Part shown: positions 40,655 through 50,834 of the stretch, piece after piece
How the letters are laid out: each line of letters starts with the position of its first letter
How positions within the stretch are numbered: the first letter of the stretch is position 1
IMG/VR virus record: IMGVR_UViG_2751185671_000004
Span: 32,001 to 96,000 of that record
Length of the DNA: 64,000 nt
Source of the DNA: a virus
Lineage: Duplodnaviria > Caudoviricetes
Strand: one strand, 5' to 3'
Notes under the pieces: generated by a model
Seen by the model: only the letters and a program-made list of their open reading frames with translations
Told to the model about the DNA's origin: nothing
Database searches by the model: none
Position numbers and translations under genes: made by a program

Positions 40655-42245
40655 CCATAGTCTCCTGTGGGTGAGAGGGTGTTGTTTTTTTTGAAGGGGC
40701 TTTTTGCTCTTTTTCTTCACGCTCCTTTTTTATGTCTTTATTGCTATTGCTATCGTTACCATTATCGACTTCCATGTGGTCATGGTGTAATCCCAGGTCT
40801 TTCATTTTTTGAATTTCTCGTGCACGCTGCTCCAACACTTCCTCCCAGTCCAAACCTTCCGCTGCGCATTCAATTTCCAACGTGGAGGTATTAATGGCCA
40901 TACGTTTCTCTGACGCATTGGCTTCTTTAAGGGGATCAACAGAGCCTCTTCCTGGCCCAATCCACTTTGCTCGAATCCACGCATTTTTATTTTTATAAAA
41001 ATCTGGGGCCTCAATCAGACCTTTGTTAATCGCTTCCTCTAACCAAAGGGCATAAGCCGGTGTTGCCCAATAAGTAGCAAGCCACGTTCGGCGTCCAAGA
41101 AAAAACCGCCATGCCTCCAGTAACGCTGCACGTGCTGAAGAATAGTTGGTTTTTGAAAAGTCTTTTAATAATAATTCATAAGGTAAGTTAAGCCCGGTAC
41201 CGATATGCCGCATAATATTCTCGACAAATGTGCCATAGGCGGCATTAGGGCGACCGGGCGTAAAAGGGGCGACTTTATCTCCTGGGAAGACAGGTATCAC
41301 CGCACCGCCTTTTAATTGAACACTCCACTCTTTACGTGCAGATAAATAATCCTCAGATGAACCACCAAATAAATCATTAATCGATTCTGGATCTAAAGGT
41401 GTTTCAATAAAAGCCGCTATCATTGCGTTAACTACAGCAGCTTGTAACTCACTTTTTTCATAGTGGTCTAGCATCTTGAACATCGGCATAATAGAACTAA
41501 GAATAGGTTTACCTCTATTTTGTCCGGAGCGCTCTTTATCATGGATATGGATCACACGTTTACGACCAAAGCGTGTGTATGCCGGAATACGTTGCCATTG
41601 GTCTTGCGTGTACGCCATAGCAATCGTACCGTCACCAGGGTGATGCTTCGTCACCCAATACGCGAGAGGCGCACCATAGCGATCAATTTCAATCCCTGCT
41701 CGCAGTTTTGTTGTATTCATTCGCCCTTGAGGATTACATAAGCGATCGGATTCAATCACTTGAAACTTGGTGGCAAACGATTGTGCCCTCTTAGGTAACC
41801 ATAAAGGCAAACATAAAGACTCGCCATTGACTAACGCCGAGCGAAACACCTGTGCGGTCAATCCTGAAAACGTCAGAGAATTCGCCGCATCGCAATCGGT
41901 GGAGTCGGCATAGGTTCGCCATAAAGCTTCTGTCTGTTTGGCCCATTCGTCCGCCCATTCTTTTGTTTTACCCAGGGCAACATAGTCGGGGCGAGCGGAT
42001 AGCCGAAGGCCACTCCCGACCACATTATCACTTAAAGTTTGAATCCCGCCAGCAGCCACGCCGTGATTTCGAACTAAATCGCGAGAGCGTGACACTAATG
42101 TGGGCAGCTCATGAATTAAATCACTATCGGCGGAACCTAATGCCGGTTGCCATGATGCCAACTCACGTGCTTGTAATGATGCCCCACGATGGGCAGAGTC
42201 TTGAACAAGCGGTGTGCCGTCCGCGCCGAGTATTTGTACTCCCAT
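40638..42245 (-). CDS. Portal protein (lambda family)
   Basis: 'RSRDLVRN', 'DFSKTNYSSARAALLE', 'WIGPGRGSVDPLKE'. Confidence 0.95.
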   Translation of the reverse strand: MGVQILGADGTPLVQDSAHRGASLQARELASWQPALGSADSDLIHELPTLVSRSRDLVRNHGVAAGGIQTLSDNVVGSGLRLSARPDYVALGKTKEWADEWAKQTEALWRTYADSTDCDAANSLTFSGLTAQVFRSALVNGESLCLPLWLPKRAQSFATKFQVIESDRLCNPQGRMNTTKLRAGIEIDRYGAPLAYWVTKHHPGDGTIAMAYTQDQWQRIPAYTRFGRKRVIHIHDKERSGQNRGKPILSSIMPMFKMLDHYEKSELQAAVVNAMIAAFIETPLDPESINDLFGGSSEDYLSARKEWSVQLKGGAVIPVFPGDKVAPFTPGRPNAAYGTFVENIMRHIGTGLNLPYELLLKDFSKTNYSSARAALLEAWRFFLGRRTWLATYWATPAYALWLEEAINKGLIEAPDFYKNKNAWIRAKWIGPGRGSVDPLKEANASEKRMAINTSTLEIECAAEGLDWEEVLEQRAREIQKMKDLGLHHDHMEVDNGNDSNSNKDIKKEREEKEQKAPSKKTTPSHPQETMDEILE

Positions 42246-42293
42246 ATAACATGATCACTTATTATCTTGTGGCTTTTTATTTTTCTTAATATC

Positions 42294-42521
42294 CTAAAAT
42301 CGCATTAATATAGGCCGACGACGAGGTTTTCCTTCTGTATGAGCAATGGCTTGTCTTAGGTGCGCAATATAACGCTCTAAATCCCGCACATTGACTTCGG
42401 AAAACTCTGTCATACCAAAGTCATCGACTCGGACTTCCACTTCCCTTGCCCCTGTATTGAGCTGATGCAATGCTAACTCGGCTTCTTCTAAACGTTGTTT
42501 TAATATGACTAAACTCGGCAT
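42294..42521 (-). CDS. Head completion protein (lambda gpW-like)
   Basis: 'EAELALHQLNTG...V.V.......F.....DLERYIA.L'. Confidence 0.85.
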   Translation of the reverse strand: MPSLVILKQRLEEAELALHQLNTGAREVEVRVDDFGMTEFSEVNVRDLERYIAHLRQAIAHTEGKPRRRPILMRF

Positions 42522-42560
42522 AGTATTTTTTCTTGGTTATTTTACTTAGACAATTAAATA

Positions 42561-44546
42561 TTAAAGATAAGGATCATCGGCATGTGTAGCGCCACGTTGC
42601 ATGAGCGGTAACATAGAAGAAACAACACCTGATGATGTCTTCTTTAGTTTTTTATTATCCTTAATGGTATCCTGTCTTTTTATTTCCTGCTCACCCAACG
42701 CCTTTTCCATTCGCCGCCAATGAATTTCCTTAAAACGATCCAATCCATAAATAGTGGCAGCGGCTCTGGCGTAGATACGACAATCTAATGCTTCGTTGTT
42801 CCGCGTTGGATCTTTTTCCCAAACAGCTTTGGGATAGCCCTTAACTATTTTTATTATTTTCTTTTCAGCCGTCAGCTGCTTAAAATATTCTTCTCCGTAT
42901 TGCGGATAGAAACAGCTTCCATGGGGCGGTTTTTCATTTTTTTTACGTTGCTCATCCGTCAGTCTTGGCAGCTTCAACCAACGATACAGCTCTGTTTTTG
43001 CCACAGGGCCACTCACACCCCAGACACGCAGACCTTTTCGCTTGCCTCCAGTATCCGCTTTCGACACCCCTAAAATTAATGCCGTATCATTATCGCGTCC
43101 TTTGATGGCAACAGCCGTTCGTGGTTGTGATGCTCGAGCACCAACAGCGCCCCACACCGGTTGAGGATATTGACGTACCCAGCTATACACATCTTGTGTT
43201 GCAAATCCTGAATCCACACACATAACACGTATCGGTAATGTGGCACCCGTTTCTGTTGGCCAATCTTTCGCTAATAGCTTATCGAGTTTATTCCACGTTT
43301 TTTGTTGCGCCGTATCACCATCTAATACGTGGTAATCCACCGACCAGGAAATCTTATCGCGTCCCCACGCGACAATTTCACATTCGATTCTATCTCGCTG
43401 AACATCCACACCCGCTGTTAAAAAGAGACCACCTTTTGGAACGACACCTAGAGGGTAATCATCACGACGTTCATAGAGGCGTTCCCACTCCGGTGCATCA
43501 TACTCGTCCTCGTAAGCCTCACCTAAGACCGTATTAATAAACCCTTTCATTAAATCAGGATTTAATAGCGCCTTTTCATAATCACTGGCCACATCTTCCC
43601 AGCTGTACCAACCAACCGGACTGTAGAGGGAAGAAAGGTGATAGCCGCGTGTTGTATCATTTCCTTCTGAGGTGGCAATCCATTCTCCCTTGAGCAACAT
43701 GTGTGTTTTATGATGTTCGTAGATTTTTTCTTGGCAGTGCTCACAGATATAGTGAACACTTTTGTAGTTGCCTTTTGTCCAATGTAGTTGTGTAAATTTT
43801 AGGGATTGTTTAACACCACAATGGGGGCAAGGAACAAAGTAGTAGCGCTGATCAGAGGCTTCAAACTCCCGCAGAATTCGAGACGTACTTTTTACTGTTG
43901 GTGTACTTACCAGTAATATTTTTCGGCGACGTCGAAACGTAGCTGTTCTTCGTTCTACTAGAAATTGTGGATCACCTTCACCATCTAAATCACCTACGGG
44001 CCAGCCGTCAATTTCATCCAAAAATAAATAACGGGCGGACATGGAGCGTAAGCCAACAGCACTGTTAGCCCCAGTGAGAACTAACATCCCCCCTGGGAAA
44101 TCTTTACTCAGGATCGTATTGCCTGAATCACGACTGCGTGCTGGAGCGATGCGTGCACGTAATTCAGGACAATCATTAATAAGGGTTTCGATACGTTGTC
44201 GTGAATTACGTTTAGCCATCTCAACTGTCGGTGAAACGGCCATCGTAGGGCCAGGGGCAATATGGATGATGTATCCTAAGAGGTTGTTTCCTGTCTCGGT
44301 CCCGCCCACCTGGGCACCTTTCATAAATGTCACTTTCTCGATAGGCGATGACGGCGAAAGGGAATCCATAATTTCTTTTAAATAGGGGGTTCGCTGTGTT
44401 CGCCAACGCCCCGCTTCGTCGGAGCTTTTCGCGGGTAATACTCGGTATTTGTCTGCCCACTCTGATACAAGTAAAAGCGGATCGGGTGTGAGTCCATCAG
44501 ACCACGCCTTTTCAATATCAACAAAGCCATCATAATTATCGACCAT
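42561..44546 (-). CDS. Terminase large subunit (GpA family)
   Basis: 'RTPYLKEIMD', 'KGAQVGGTE', 'LFLDEID', 'TAGVDVQ', 'RNNEALDC'. Confidence 0.96.
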   Translation of the reverse strand: MVDNYDGFVDIEKAWSDGLTPDPLLLVSEWADKYRVLPAKSSDEAGRWRTQRTPYLKEIMDSLSPSSPIEKVTFMKGAQVGGTETGNNLLGYIIHIAPGPTMAVSPTVEMAKRNSRQRIETLINDCPELRARIAPARSRDSGNTILSKDFPGGMLVLTGANSAVGLRSMSARYLFLDEIDGWPVGDLDGEGDPQFLVERRTATFRRRRKILLVSTPTVKSTSRILREFEASDQRYYFVPCPHCGVKQSLKFTQLHWTKGNYKSVHYICEHCQEKIYEHHKTHMLLKGEWIATSEGNDTTRGYHLSSLYSPVGWYSWEDVASDYEKALLNPDLMKGFINTVLGEAYEDEYDAPEWERLYERRDDYPLGVVPKGGLFLTAGVDVQRDRIECEIVAWGRDKISWSVDYHVLDGDTAQQKTWNKLDKLLAKDWPTETGATLPIRVMCVDSGFATQDVYSWVRQYPQPVWGAVGARASQPRTAVAIKGRDNDTALILGVSKADTGGKRKGLRVWGVSGPVAKTELYRWLKLPRLTDEQRKKNEKPPHGSCFYPQYGEEYFKQLTAEKKIIKIVKGYPKAVWEKDPTRNNEALDCRIYARAAATIYGLDRFKEIHWRRMEKALGEQEIKRQDTIKDNKKLKKTSSGVVSSMLPLMQRGATHADDPYL

Positions 44547-45105
44547 CGAATGTTACGGTTATATCAGCCAGTTCAGAGAGATGTTGTAGGACATAGCGAT
44601 CCAGTAATGTGTGTAAGGTGTGTTGGTCGACCGCTAATTGTGAAGCCATTTCAGCAGCAATACGTGACGGCCATCGTTGCCATGCATCGCGCTCTTCTCG
44701 CGCAAGTCGAAACACATGCGCCACGGCTTTATCTCGATTGACCAGTTCTTTTTTTAATTCCGCTAATTTAACGCGTTGTGTCTGCGCTTTAAGAATCTCG
44801 TTTGCTGTCCGTGCTTGCACATACGTTGTTGTACTTCCAGGTTTTTCTTTCAGCGTATCGTCAACGGCGTCCATCGCCTCTTGAGAAATAGGACGCGACT
44901 TCGGCTTATTCGCTTTGCTAACTGTTTTCGATAGATTTGAAAAAGTAGACTCCGTATTTATTTGCCATTCTTTATCGGCTTTTTCTATATCGATGGAACC
45001 ATCGCTCTCTTTTGTAATACGACCTGTTTTTATAGCTTTGCGCACAGCAGTATCCGACACCCCACGGTGGCGGGCATAGGCACGAATAGAGATTCCCATA
45101 GTCAT
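44536..45105 (-). CDS. Terminase small subunit
   Basis: N-terminal wHTH 'SIRAYARHRGVSDTAVRKAIKTGRI'; overlaps the start of the large subunit. Confidence 0.85.
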   Translation of the reverse strand: MTMGISIRAYARHRGVSDTAVRKAIKTGRITKESDGSIDIEKADKEWQINTESTFSNLSKTVSKANKPKSRPISQEAMDAVDDTLKEKPGSTTTYVQARTANEILKAQTQRVKLAELKKELVNRDKAVAHVFRLAREERDAWQRWPSRIAAEMASQLAVDQHTLHTLLDRYVLQHLSELADITVTFDGR

Positions 45106-45248
45106 GTTCCCTGGATAAAAAATACATCACTCAAATGACGAAAGAAAGCAAGTCATCGTGACTAAAAAAACAATAAAAAACCACTTGATGTGTTCGGCAG
45201 TTGAAGGGTTAATGTCCCTACAAACACGCAATACAAAAGGCAAATATA

Positions 45249-45488
45249 ATGATTAATTTTGACGAACCCAAAAGCCCCAAAGCAACGTTTACCGCTAAAA
45301 AAAATCAGATTGATAAGGCGCTACAACGCCTGCAACAGCACAGCGATGAATTCTTTAACGTTAATCAAGACAAAATACATTGGGGACATGTGACCGACAT
45401 TACCGATTACGCCGAATTACTAAAGCATCTTACCGATAGAGTATTTAAAGAAGGCGAATATGCGCCAGGAAACGCGGCTAAATACTAA
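45249..45488 (+). CDS. Conserved hypothetical phage protein
   Basis: 'IDKALQRLQQHSDEFF...IHWGHV...TDRVFKEGEYA'. Confidence 0.75.
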   Translation: MINFDEPKSPKATFTAKKNQIDKALQRLQQHSDEFFNVNQDKIHWGHVTDITDYAELLKHLTDRVFKEGEYAPGNAAKY

Positions 45489-45587
45489 ATAAAAAGAATG
45501 AGTATAAACAACATCATAAGAGAGCGGCTACAACATGTAGCCCTTCATCGTCTCAAACTTATGAGTAAAAATAAAGAGATATCTATC

Positions 45588-46013
45588 ATGATAAAACTTA
45601 CAAATACACAAACCACCATTTTATCTAACGCGGCGCAAAGAGAAACAGGCTCGATTTATCCACTGCCGAACACTATCAATAAAGGCATCGAGTCGCGTGT
45701 TATTAACAGCCTGCTCAAAAAAAAATTTATTGACGAGAAGAACGGTGACCACACTATTAACGCCAATGGGTTTAAAGCCATTGGCCTTGCACCTAAGGAG
45801 AAAACTAGAACAAGCAAGAATGATATTATTCTCCAGCTTGTGAGCGCCAAAGAAGGGGCAACGCTTAAGGCTTTATGCGAGGCCACCTCCTGGCAGAAAC
45901 ATAGCGTGAGGGGCGCTATAAGCACTTTAAAATCTAAAGGGCATACTATTATTTCCTCTAGAGACAGCGATGGATCACGCAAATACACACTAAAAAAAGA
46001 CAACACGCATTAG
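45588..46013 (+). CDS. DUF3489 winged-helix protein
   Basis: 'EGATLKALCEATSWQKHSVRGAIS'; start uncertain (45498-45588). Confidence 0.8.
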   Translation: MIKLTNTQTTILSNAAQRETGSIYPLPNTINKGIESRVINSLLKKKFIDEKNGDHTINANGFKAIGLAPKEKTRTSKNDIILQLVSAKEGATLKALCEATSWQKHSVRGAISTLKSKGHTIISSRDSDGSRKYTLKKDNTH

Positions 46014-46137
46014 ATATTACTCCGTCATTAACCTATCCCAAAAAATATAAAAACAGCGCCTCATTTGCTTGATCTTAGCGGTAAGTGAAGCGTGAATGAA
46101 GCACAATATTATGCTAAAAACAAAAGGAATGATGATA

Positions 46138-46491
46138 ATGATATCCGAAAAAGAAAATCAAACAAAAACCATGTTGTTAGTTAAAAATAAAAGCGCCTAT
46201 CACACGGTCTATTGTTTTAATAATCACCACTATGATGACGATGCGCTGAGCGATATTTTACATCAACACTACAACACCCCCGAGCGTATTGATCAACTTA
46301 TTCGTAGTGGGAACATACATACACTATATCCCGATAGTATACGTCTATTTACACTTGGCCATAAACTCTATCACCCCCATATCACGTATAAGGATCTCGG
46401 TATTGCAGTTGACGAGGGCGTTAAAGCCAATGCTCACCATATGTATATACATTGCAATGAAGCGTGGCGGCACACAGCACTCACCATTTGA
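46138..46491 (+). CDS. Hypothetical protein, YCH-family paralog A
   Basis: 'VYCFNN...ILHQHYNTPERIDQLIRSGNIHTL' aligns with 46596 and 47697. Confidence 0.7.
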   Translation: MISEKENQTKTMLLVKNKSAYHTVYCFNNHHYDDDALSDILHQHYNTPERIDQLIRSGNIHTLYPDSIRLFTLGHKLYHPHITYKDLGIAVDEGVKANAHHMYIHCNEAWRHTALTI

Positions 46492-46595
46492 TGAGGCTTA
46501 AATAAAGGCACTAAAGACTTGATGTGGCAGTCGGATAGCGCTTCGAGAATTGCATTGATAGTCTCATACAACAACATACAAGGGTAAAAATTCAA

Positions 46596-46946
46596 ATGAA
46601 AAATGCTGCCATTCAACACTTCATGATTGCTGTACAGGGAAAACACTCTATTAAGACAATATATTGTCACCAAGCATCGTCTTATAGTGAACGAGAAGTC
46701 GATGAGATACTAAAAAAATATTACAACTCTTATTCACTAGCACAGAAACTCATTAAGCAAGGCAATCTGATTTCGCTAAAAGAAGACTACGTAAGTACGT
46801 ATTTTCTACATGACAATAGAGATTGGAAAGAGTGCAAACCCAAAATCTGCCAAGATATGGCCAGCGTTATAGCATTAGCCATACATAATACGGCCAATAC
46901 CCTATGCCTTTATAGCGATAATACATGGAAAATAATGAGGTTATAA
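46596..46946 (+). CDS. Hypothetical protein, YCH-family paralog B
   Basis: 'IYCHQ...ILKKYYNSYSLAQKLIKQGNLISL...HDNRDWKECKP'. Confidence 0.7.
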   Translation: MKNAAIQHFMIAVQGKHSIKTIYCHQASSYSEREVDEILKKYYNSYSLAQKLIKQGNLISLKEDYVSTYFLHDNRDWKECKPKICQDMASVIALAIHNTANTLCLYSDNTWKIMRL

Positions 46947-47015
46947 AAAATCATATCGCTGTTGGTGTATCCAACATCGTTAAAGGATGAACGATTTTTA
47001 AGATACATTTACCCG

Positions 47016-47664
47016 GAGGCTAATGTTTAGCCTCTATTAATAAATCATTAAAAAATACAGCCGCGCTTCCTACCTAAATATTTATCTATCATTGACTTGA
47101 TGTGTTCTGCGAATGAGGCGTTAATGTCCCTACCAAAAACAACCCAAGGAACTATCACCATGACTGAATTACGATTAGCGCTTACTAATAAAGTGCTAGA
47201 GGTTATTTACCCAGAAGACCACAAACATTTCAAAGAATATATCGAATACTTTACCGATGATGACCTTAAAAATATTAACGATGCAGGACAATACAATGAA
47301 ATCTATAAACATAAAGCTGAAATTAAAGCAACCTTAAAAGGTTTTGTCGGGTCAGATGTATTTAAAGCGGAATATATTGCTAATACCAACAATTGGGCAA
47401 CTCAAGCCCATTTGTTAATAATTAAGAGGATGACAGCAATGCTCGATTGCTTTGATATTCATACACTCAATGCTATTGCGAATCGTAGTGTTGATATACC
47501 TAGCATCGTTAAAGAAATGGACGATGTCTAACGATACAGATATTTGGAGGCTAATGTTTAGCCTCCATCAATAAATAATTTAAAAATATAGCCGCACTTC
47601 CTATCTCAATATTTATCCATCATTGACTTGATGTGTCTCGCGAATGAAGCGTTAATGTTCCTAC
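47016..47664 (+). repeat. ~118-bp imperfect direct repeat (hairpin plus promoter motif) flanking one cassette
   Basis: 47016-47133 and ~47546-47664 both run GGAGGCTAA-TGT-TTAGCCTC...ATTGACTTGATGTG...GCGTTAATGT.CCTAC. Confidence 0.85.
47160..47531 (+). CDS. Hypothetical protein
   Basis: ATG after an AAGGA RBS, downstream of the motif. Confidence 0.65.
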   Translation: MTELRLALTNKVLEVIYPEDHKHFKEYIEYFTDDDLKNINDAGQYNEIYKHKAEIKATLKGFVGSDVFKAEYIANTNNWATQAHLLIIKRMTAMLDCFDIHTLNAIANRSVDIPSIVKEMDDV

Positions 47665-47696
47665 TTAATTAAATAGCAAACGAAACGGAGATAACA

Positions 47697-48038
47697 ATGA
47701 GCACACGATCAAGAATAGCCATAAAAAAAGGGGATTTTTTTTACGCAGTCTATTGCCATTGGAATGGATATGACAATATAGGCGGCGTAGGGCCGACATT
47801 ACGAGAACATCATAATTCCTTTGATAAGGCAGACGCCCTCATTGCTTTAGGTAACCTATCTTATATAGAAAATAAAGAGGTCTGTGCGTATCACCGGGAT
47901 CGCCATGAACCCTGGAGCCGCTGCAAACCCCAATACGCTAAAAGTATGGAGCAATTGATAATAGCTGCCGAGAGAAACGACGCTAATTTTCTTTATGTCT
48001 ACGACGATAACCAATGGCAAACACACAAACTTTATTAA
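47697..48038 (+). CDS. Conserved phage protein, YCHWxGY family, paralog C
   Basis: 'MSTRSRIAI...VYCHWNGY...VGPTLREHHNS...LIALGNLSYI...AYHRDR'; GGAG RBS. Confidence 0.75.
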   Translation: MSTRSRIAIKKGDFFYAVYCHWNGYDNIGGVGPTLREHHNSFDKADALIALGNLSYIENKEVCAYHRDRHEPWSRCKPQYAKSMEQLIIAAERNDANFLYVYDDNQWQTHKLY

Positions 48039-48120
48039 TTTAATAATGCTTCATCTACTTGATCTAAAACGCAGATGAAGCGTTAATGTCGTTAGATAAA
48101 CAAATAAATAAGGCATTGAT

Positions 48121-48375
48121 ATGACAAAACTATTTGGCAAAGATACACTTAATTTAAACGAAAGACTGCGTTTGAAAAAGTTTACCGAAGAACTAGAAAT
48201 CATAACAAAAAAATATGGCGTCGTCTTAACGCTTTGTGACTCCGATAGCTCGGTTGAAATAACCTCGCCTAGTAACCCAGAACTTACTCATGTTGAATAT
48301 AATATAGAACCCTTTGATGGTGGCCTAACGCCAGTCAACTGGCAATTTTCGTATATTGACTTAGAACTCGAATAA
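48121..48375 (+). CDS. Hypothetical protein, second paralog family
   Basis: 'FTEELEIITKKYGVVL...GGLTPVN'. Confidence 0.65.
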   Translation: MTKLFGKDTLNLNERLRLKKFTEELEIITKKYGVVLTLCDSDSSVEITSPSNPELTHVEYNIEPFDGGLTPVNWQFSYIDLELE

Positions 48376-48492
48376 ATATTTTCAGAAGCTGACCTTAAAC
48401 AATAATAATCGACTTGATGTGTCTCGCGAATGAGGCGTTAATGTCCCTACAGAAACACACACCTACCACCTAACTATAAGGATTTAACTACG

Positions 48493-48993
48493 ATGAGAAA
48501 ATACAACGCAGAAGAATTAGCCTTTATGTCCCAATATCATATAACACAACGTCAATTTAATTATATAAGCCTCCTGCTTAAAGATATGGAAGCGGCCACG
48601 GACAATATCTTCAATGTCGCATTACTCAATAATGGTATAGGAAAAGATATCAGGTTAGCGGCTTTAAAACTGCGGCCACAATTTTTAACTGATCCCTTTT
48701 GCGAGTTGAGTATTGATGAAAAGGGTTTAAAAGTAATACCGATGACTAGCGACACATACTCAGGCATAGAAAACGACACTGAAAAACATGTACAAAAAGA
48801 ACAATACTCGCAAGACGAACAGTTCAAAGCATTCATAGAAGAACTTACACGCTTATCCCAAAAACACGGTGTCGTATTACACGTTACTGGTGGTGTCACA
48901 TTTGTTAATCCAGGAGCACCTTGTTTGCACGACCTTCAGTATTCGAGTGATGCCACGAGTGGCGATTTGGAGCCAATCAACGGGTACGATTAA
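48493..48993 (+). CDS. Hypothetical protein; C-terminal half paralogous to 48121
   Basis: 'FIEELTRLSQKHGVVL...GDLEPIN'. Confidence 0.65.
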   Translation: MRKYNAEELAFMSQYHITQRQFNYISLLLKDMEAATDNIFNVALLNNGIGKDIRLAALKLRPQFLTDPFCELSIDEKGLKVIPMTSDTYSGIENDTEKHVQKEQYSQDEQFKAFIEELTRLSQKHGVVLHVTGGVTFVNPGAPCLHDLQYSSDATSGDLEPINGYD

Positions 48994-49225
48994 CCCAGGG
49001 ATATGCCATATTATTCTCTAAAATAAATATTTAATCCGCACATCGAATGAGAAATAAAAATATTAATAGAATAAAGGTTTTTTAAGGATAATGGTAAAAG
49101 TTCGCATTCCTAATGTGTGGGATTTTTCTAGTAAAAAAATAAAAATATATGCATCAATGACTTGATGTAGTCGTCGGAACGAGCGTTAATGTCCCTACAG
49201 AAACACATCAAGCGAGGAAATTAAA

Positions 49226-49504
49226 ATGGGCACATGGGCATTACCTAAAACAAAAAAAATCGCAAACGACTTACAAGTATTGATGAAAAAGCCAATACCT
49301 TGCAACCAAGCAACTCATCACTTAGTCGACATTATCGGCGACGATGATTTATACGATCTTCTCGATGAATTGGAGGGTGATTTTGATATACGCCCCATCA
49401 TTCGAGACTTTTTAAGCGAAGTCATCACACAGCGCATCGACTACAACAATAATGACTGGGATAAGGAAGCCCTCCGTATTTGCACACGGCTAACCTCACC
49501 TTAG
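49226..49504 (+). CDS. Hypothetical protein
   Basis: GAGG RBS; 'MGTWALP...IIGDDDLYDLLD...DIRPII'. Confidence 0.7.
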   Translation: MGTWALPKTKKIANDLQVLMKKPIPCNQATHHLVDIIGDDDLYDLLDELEGDFDIRPIIRDFLSEVITQRIDYNNNDWDKEALRICTRLTSP

Positions 49505-49507
49505 AGG

Positions 49508-50764
49508 TTAAGCCGACGTTACCTCTAGGCTGTTAAAGGTAAGAGAATCCAACAGCCTTGTCGCTTCCCCCCCTGAATATTCTTGCCAACGACGAATAAT
49601 AACGTCCACATATTTAGGATCAAGCTCTACTAGCCTTGCACGGCGGTTCGCTTTCTCACAGGCAATTAAGGTACTGCCAGAGCCACCAAACGGGTCTAAT
49701 ACAATATCCCGACTTTTACTGGAATTTCTTATTGCTTTCTCCACAAGCTCGACCGGCTTCATCGTAGGATGTAAGTCACTCTTATTAGGCTTATTAAAAA
49801 ACCATAGATCGGTTTGATTTCTATCACCGCACCAGAAGTGGTCGCTGCCCTGTTTCCATCCATAGAGAATCGATTCGTATTGCCGCTGATAATCGGAATG
49901 GCCTAATGTAAAATGATTTTTCGCCCAAATAATAAATGTCGACCAACGGCCACCGGCATCGCGAAATGCCTTTTGTAAGGTATCCAGCTCGCTGGAGGAC
50001 ATACAGATATAACACGCGCCTTTAGTTTTATCGAGGATATGCGTTAGCGCGTCTTTTAAAAATGTGTAAAAGCCCTCGCCTAGATTATCATTGAGTATAG
50101 GGCGACTATTAAAGCGTATTTTATCGCGCTGGTTGCTCCCATAATCCACATTATAAGGCGGATCGGTAAAGGTCATATCGACCAACTCATCCCCCAGTAG
50201 CGTATTAATATCCTCACGGCTAGTGGCATCTCCACATAATAATTTATGATCGCCTAGCAACCATATATCACCGACTTGACTGATCACACTTTCTTCTGGC
50301 TCAGGCACCTCATCCTCGTTACCCTGGCTATCCGATGCGCTATCAAAATCCAGTAATTCATCTAGCTCGTCATCCGAAAAGCCAATGATATCGAGATTAA
50401 ACCCTAGGTCTTTTAAATCATCAAGTTCCAAGGCAAGTAGTTCGTCGTTCCATCCAGCGTTTTCTGCGAGTTTATTATCTGCAATAACCAGCGCCCGTCT
50501 CTGTGATTCTGTTAGATGATCTAGAATAATCACAGGGGCTTTTTCAAGTTGTAATTGTTGTGCGGCTAGTAGGCGGCCATGGCCTGCGATAATCGTTCCG
50601 TCACTCGAGACTAGGATAGGATTAACAAAACCAAACTCGACAATACTGGCAGCGATTTGAGAGACTTGGGTATCGTCATGTGTGCGAGCGTTACGGGCAT
50701 AGGGAATAAGTTTTTTGAGTGGCCAGTGCACCACCGAATCTACAGCGATGTGCGCCATATACAA
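49508..50764 (-). CDS. ParB-domain N4/N6 DNA methyltransferase
   Basis: N-terminal ParB-like 'PYARNARTH...IAGHGRL'; TDPPY, HPTMKP and DPFGGSGST motifs. Confidence 0.93.
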   Translation of the reverse strand: MYMAHIAVDSVVHWPLKKLIPYARNARTHDDTQVSQIAASIVEFGFVNPILVSSDGTIIAGHGRLLAAQQLQLEKAPVIILDHLTESQRRALVIADNKLAENAGWNDELLALELDDLKDLGFNLDIIGFSDDELDELLDFDSASDSQGNEDEVPEPEESVISQVGDIWLLGDHKLLCGDATSREDINTLLGDELVDMTFTDPPYNVDYGSNQRDKIRFNSRPILNDNLGEGFYTFLKDALTHILDKTKGACYICMSSSELDTLQKAFRDAGGRWSTFIIWAKNHFTLGHSDYQRQYESILYGWKQGSDHFWCGDRNQTDLWFFNKPNKSDLHPTMKPVELVEKAIRNSSKSRDIVLDPFGGSGSTLIACEKANRRARLVELDPKYVDVIIRRWQEYSGGEATRLLDSLTFNSLEVTSA

Positions 50765-50834
50765 ACCTTAGTAAATTAAAAAAAACAGCAAGAAAAAATG
50801 AACGGTGAAGTAAATTAATACGTTATGTCGCGAG

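Larger units (their letters stand above)
45184..49198 (+). repeat. Eight dispersed copies of a promoter-like motif CTTGAT(G/C)-N17-GT(T/G)AATG, usually followed by TCCCTAC
   Basis: Copies at 45184, 46068, 46518 (degenerate), 47096, 47627, 48058, 48413 and 49161, each ~30-80 bp before an ORF; spacing is invariant in the seven intact copies. Confidence 0.9.

Noticed and set aside
45184-49198. Cassette motif as a CRISPR repeat or integron attC
   Set aside because: Spacing is gene-sized and irregular, there is no palindrome or RYYYAAC/GTTRRRY pair, and the variable fixed-length core fits a promoter better.
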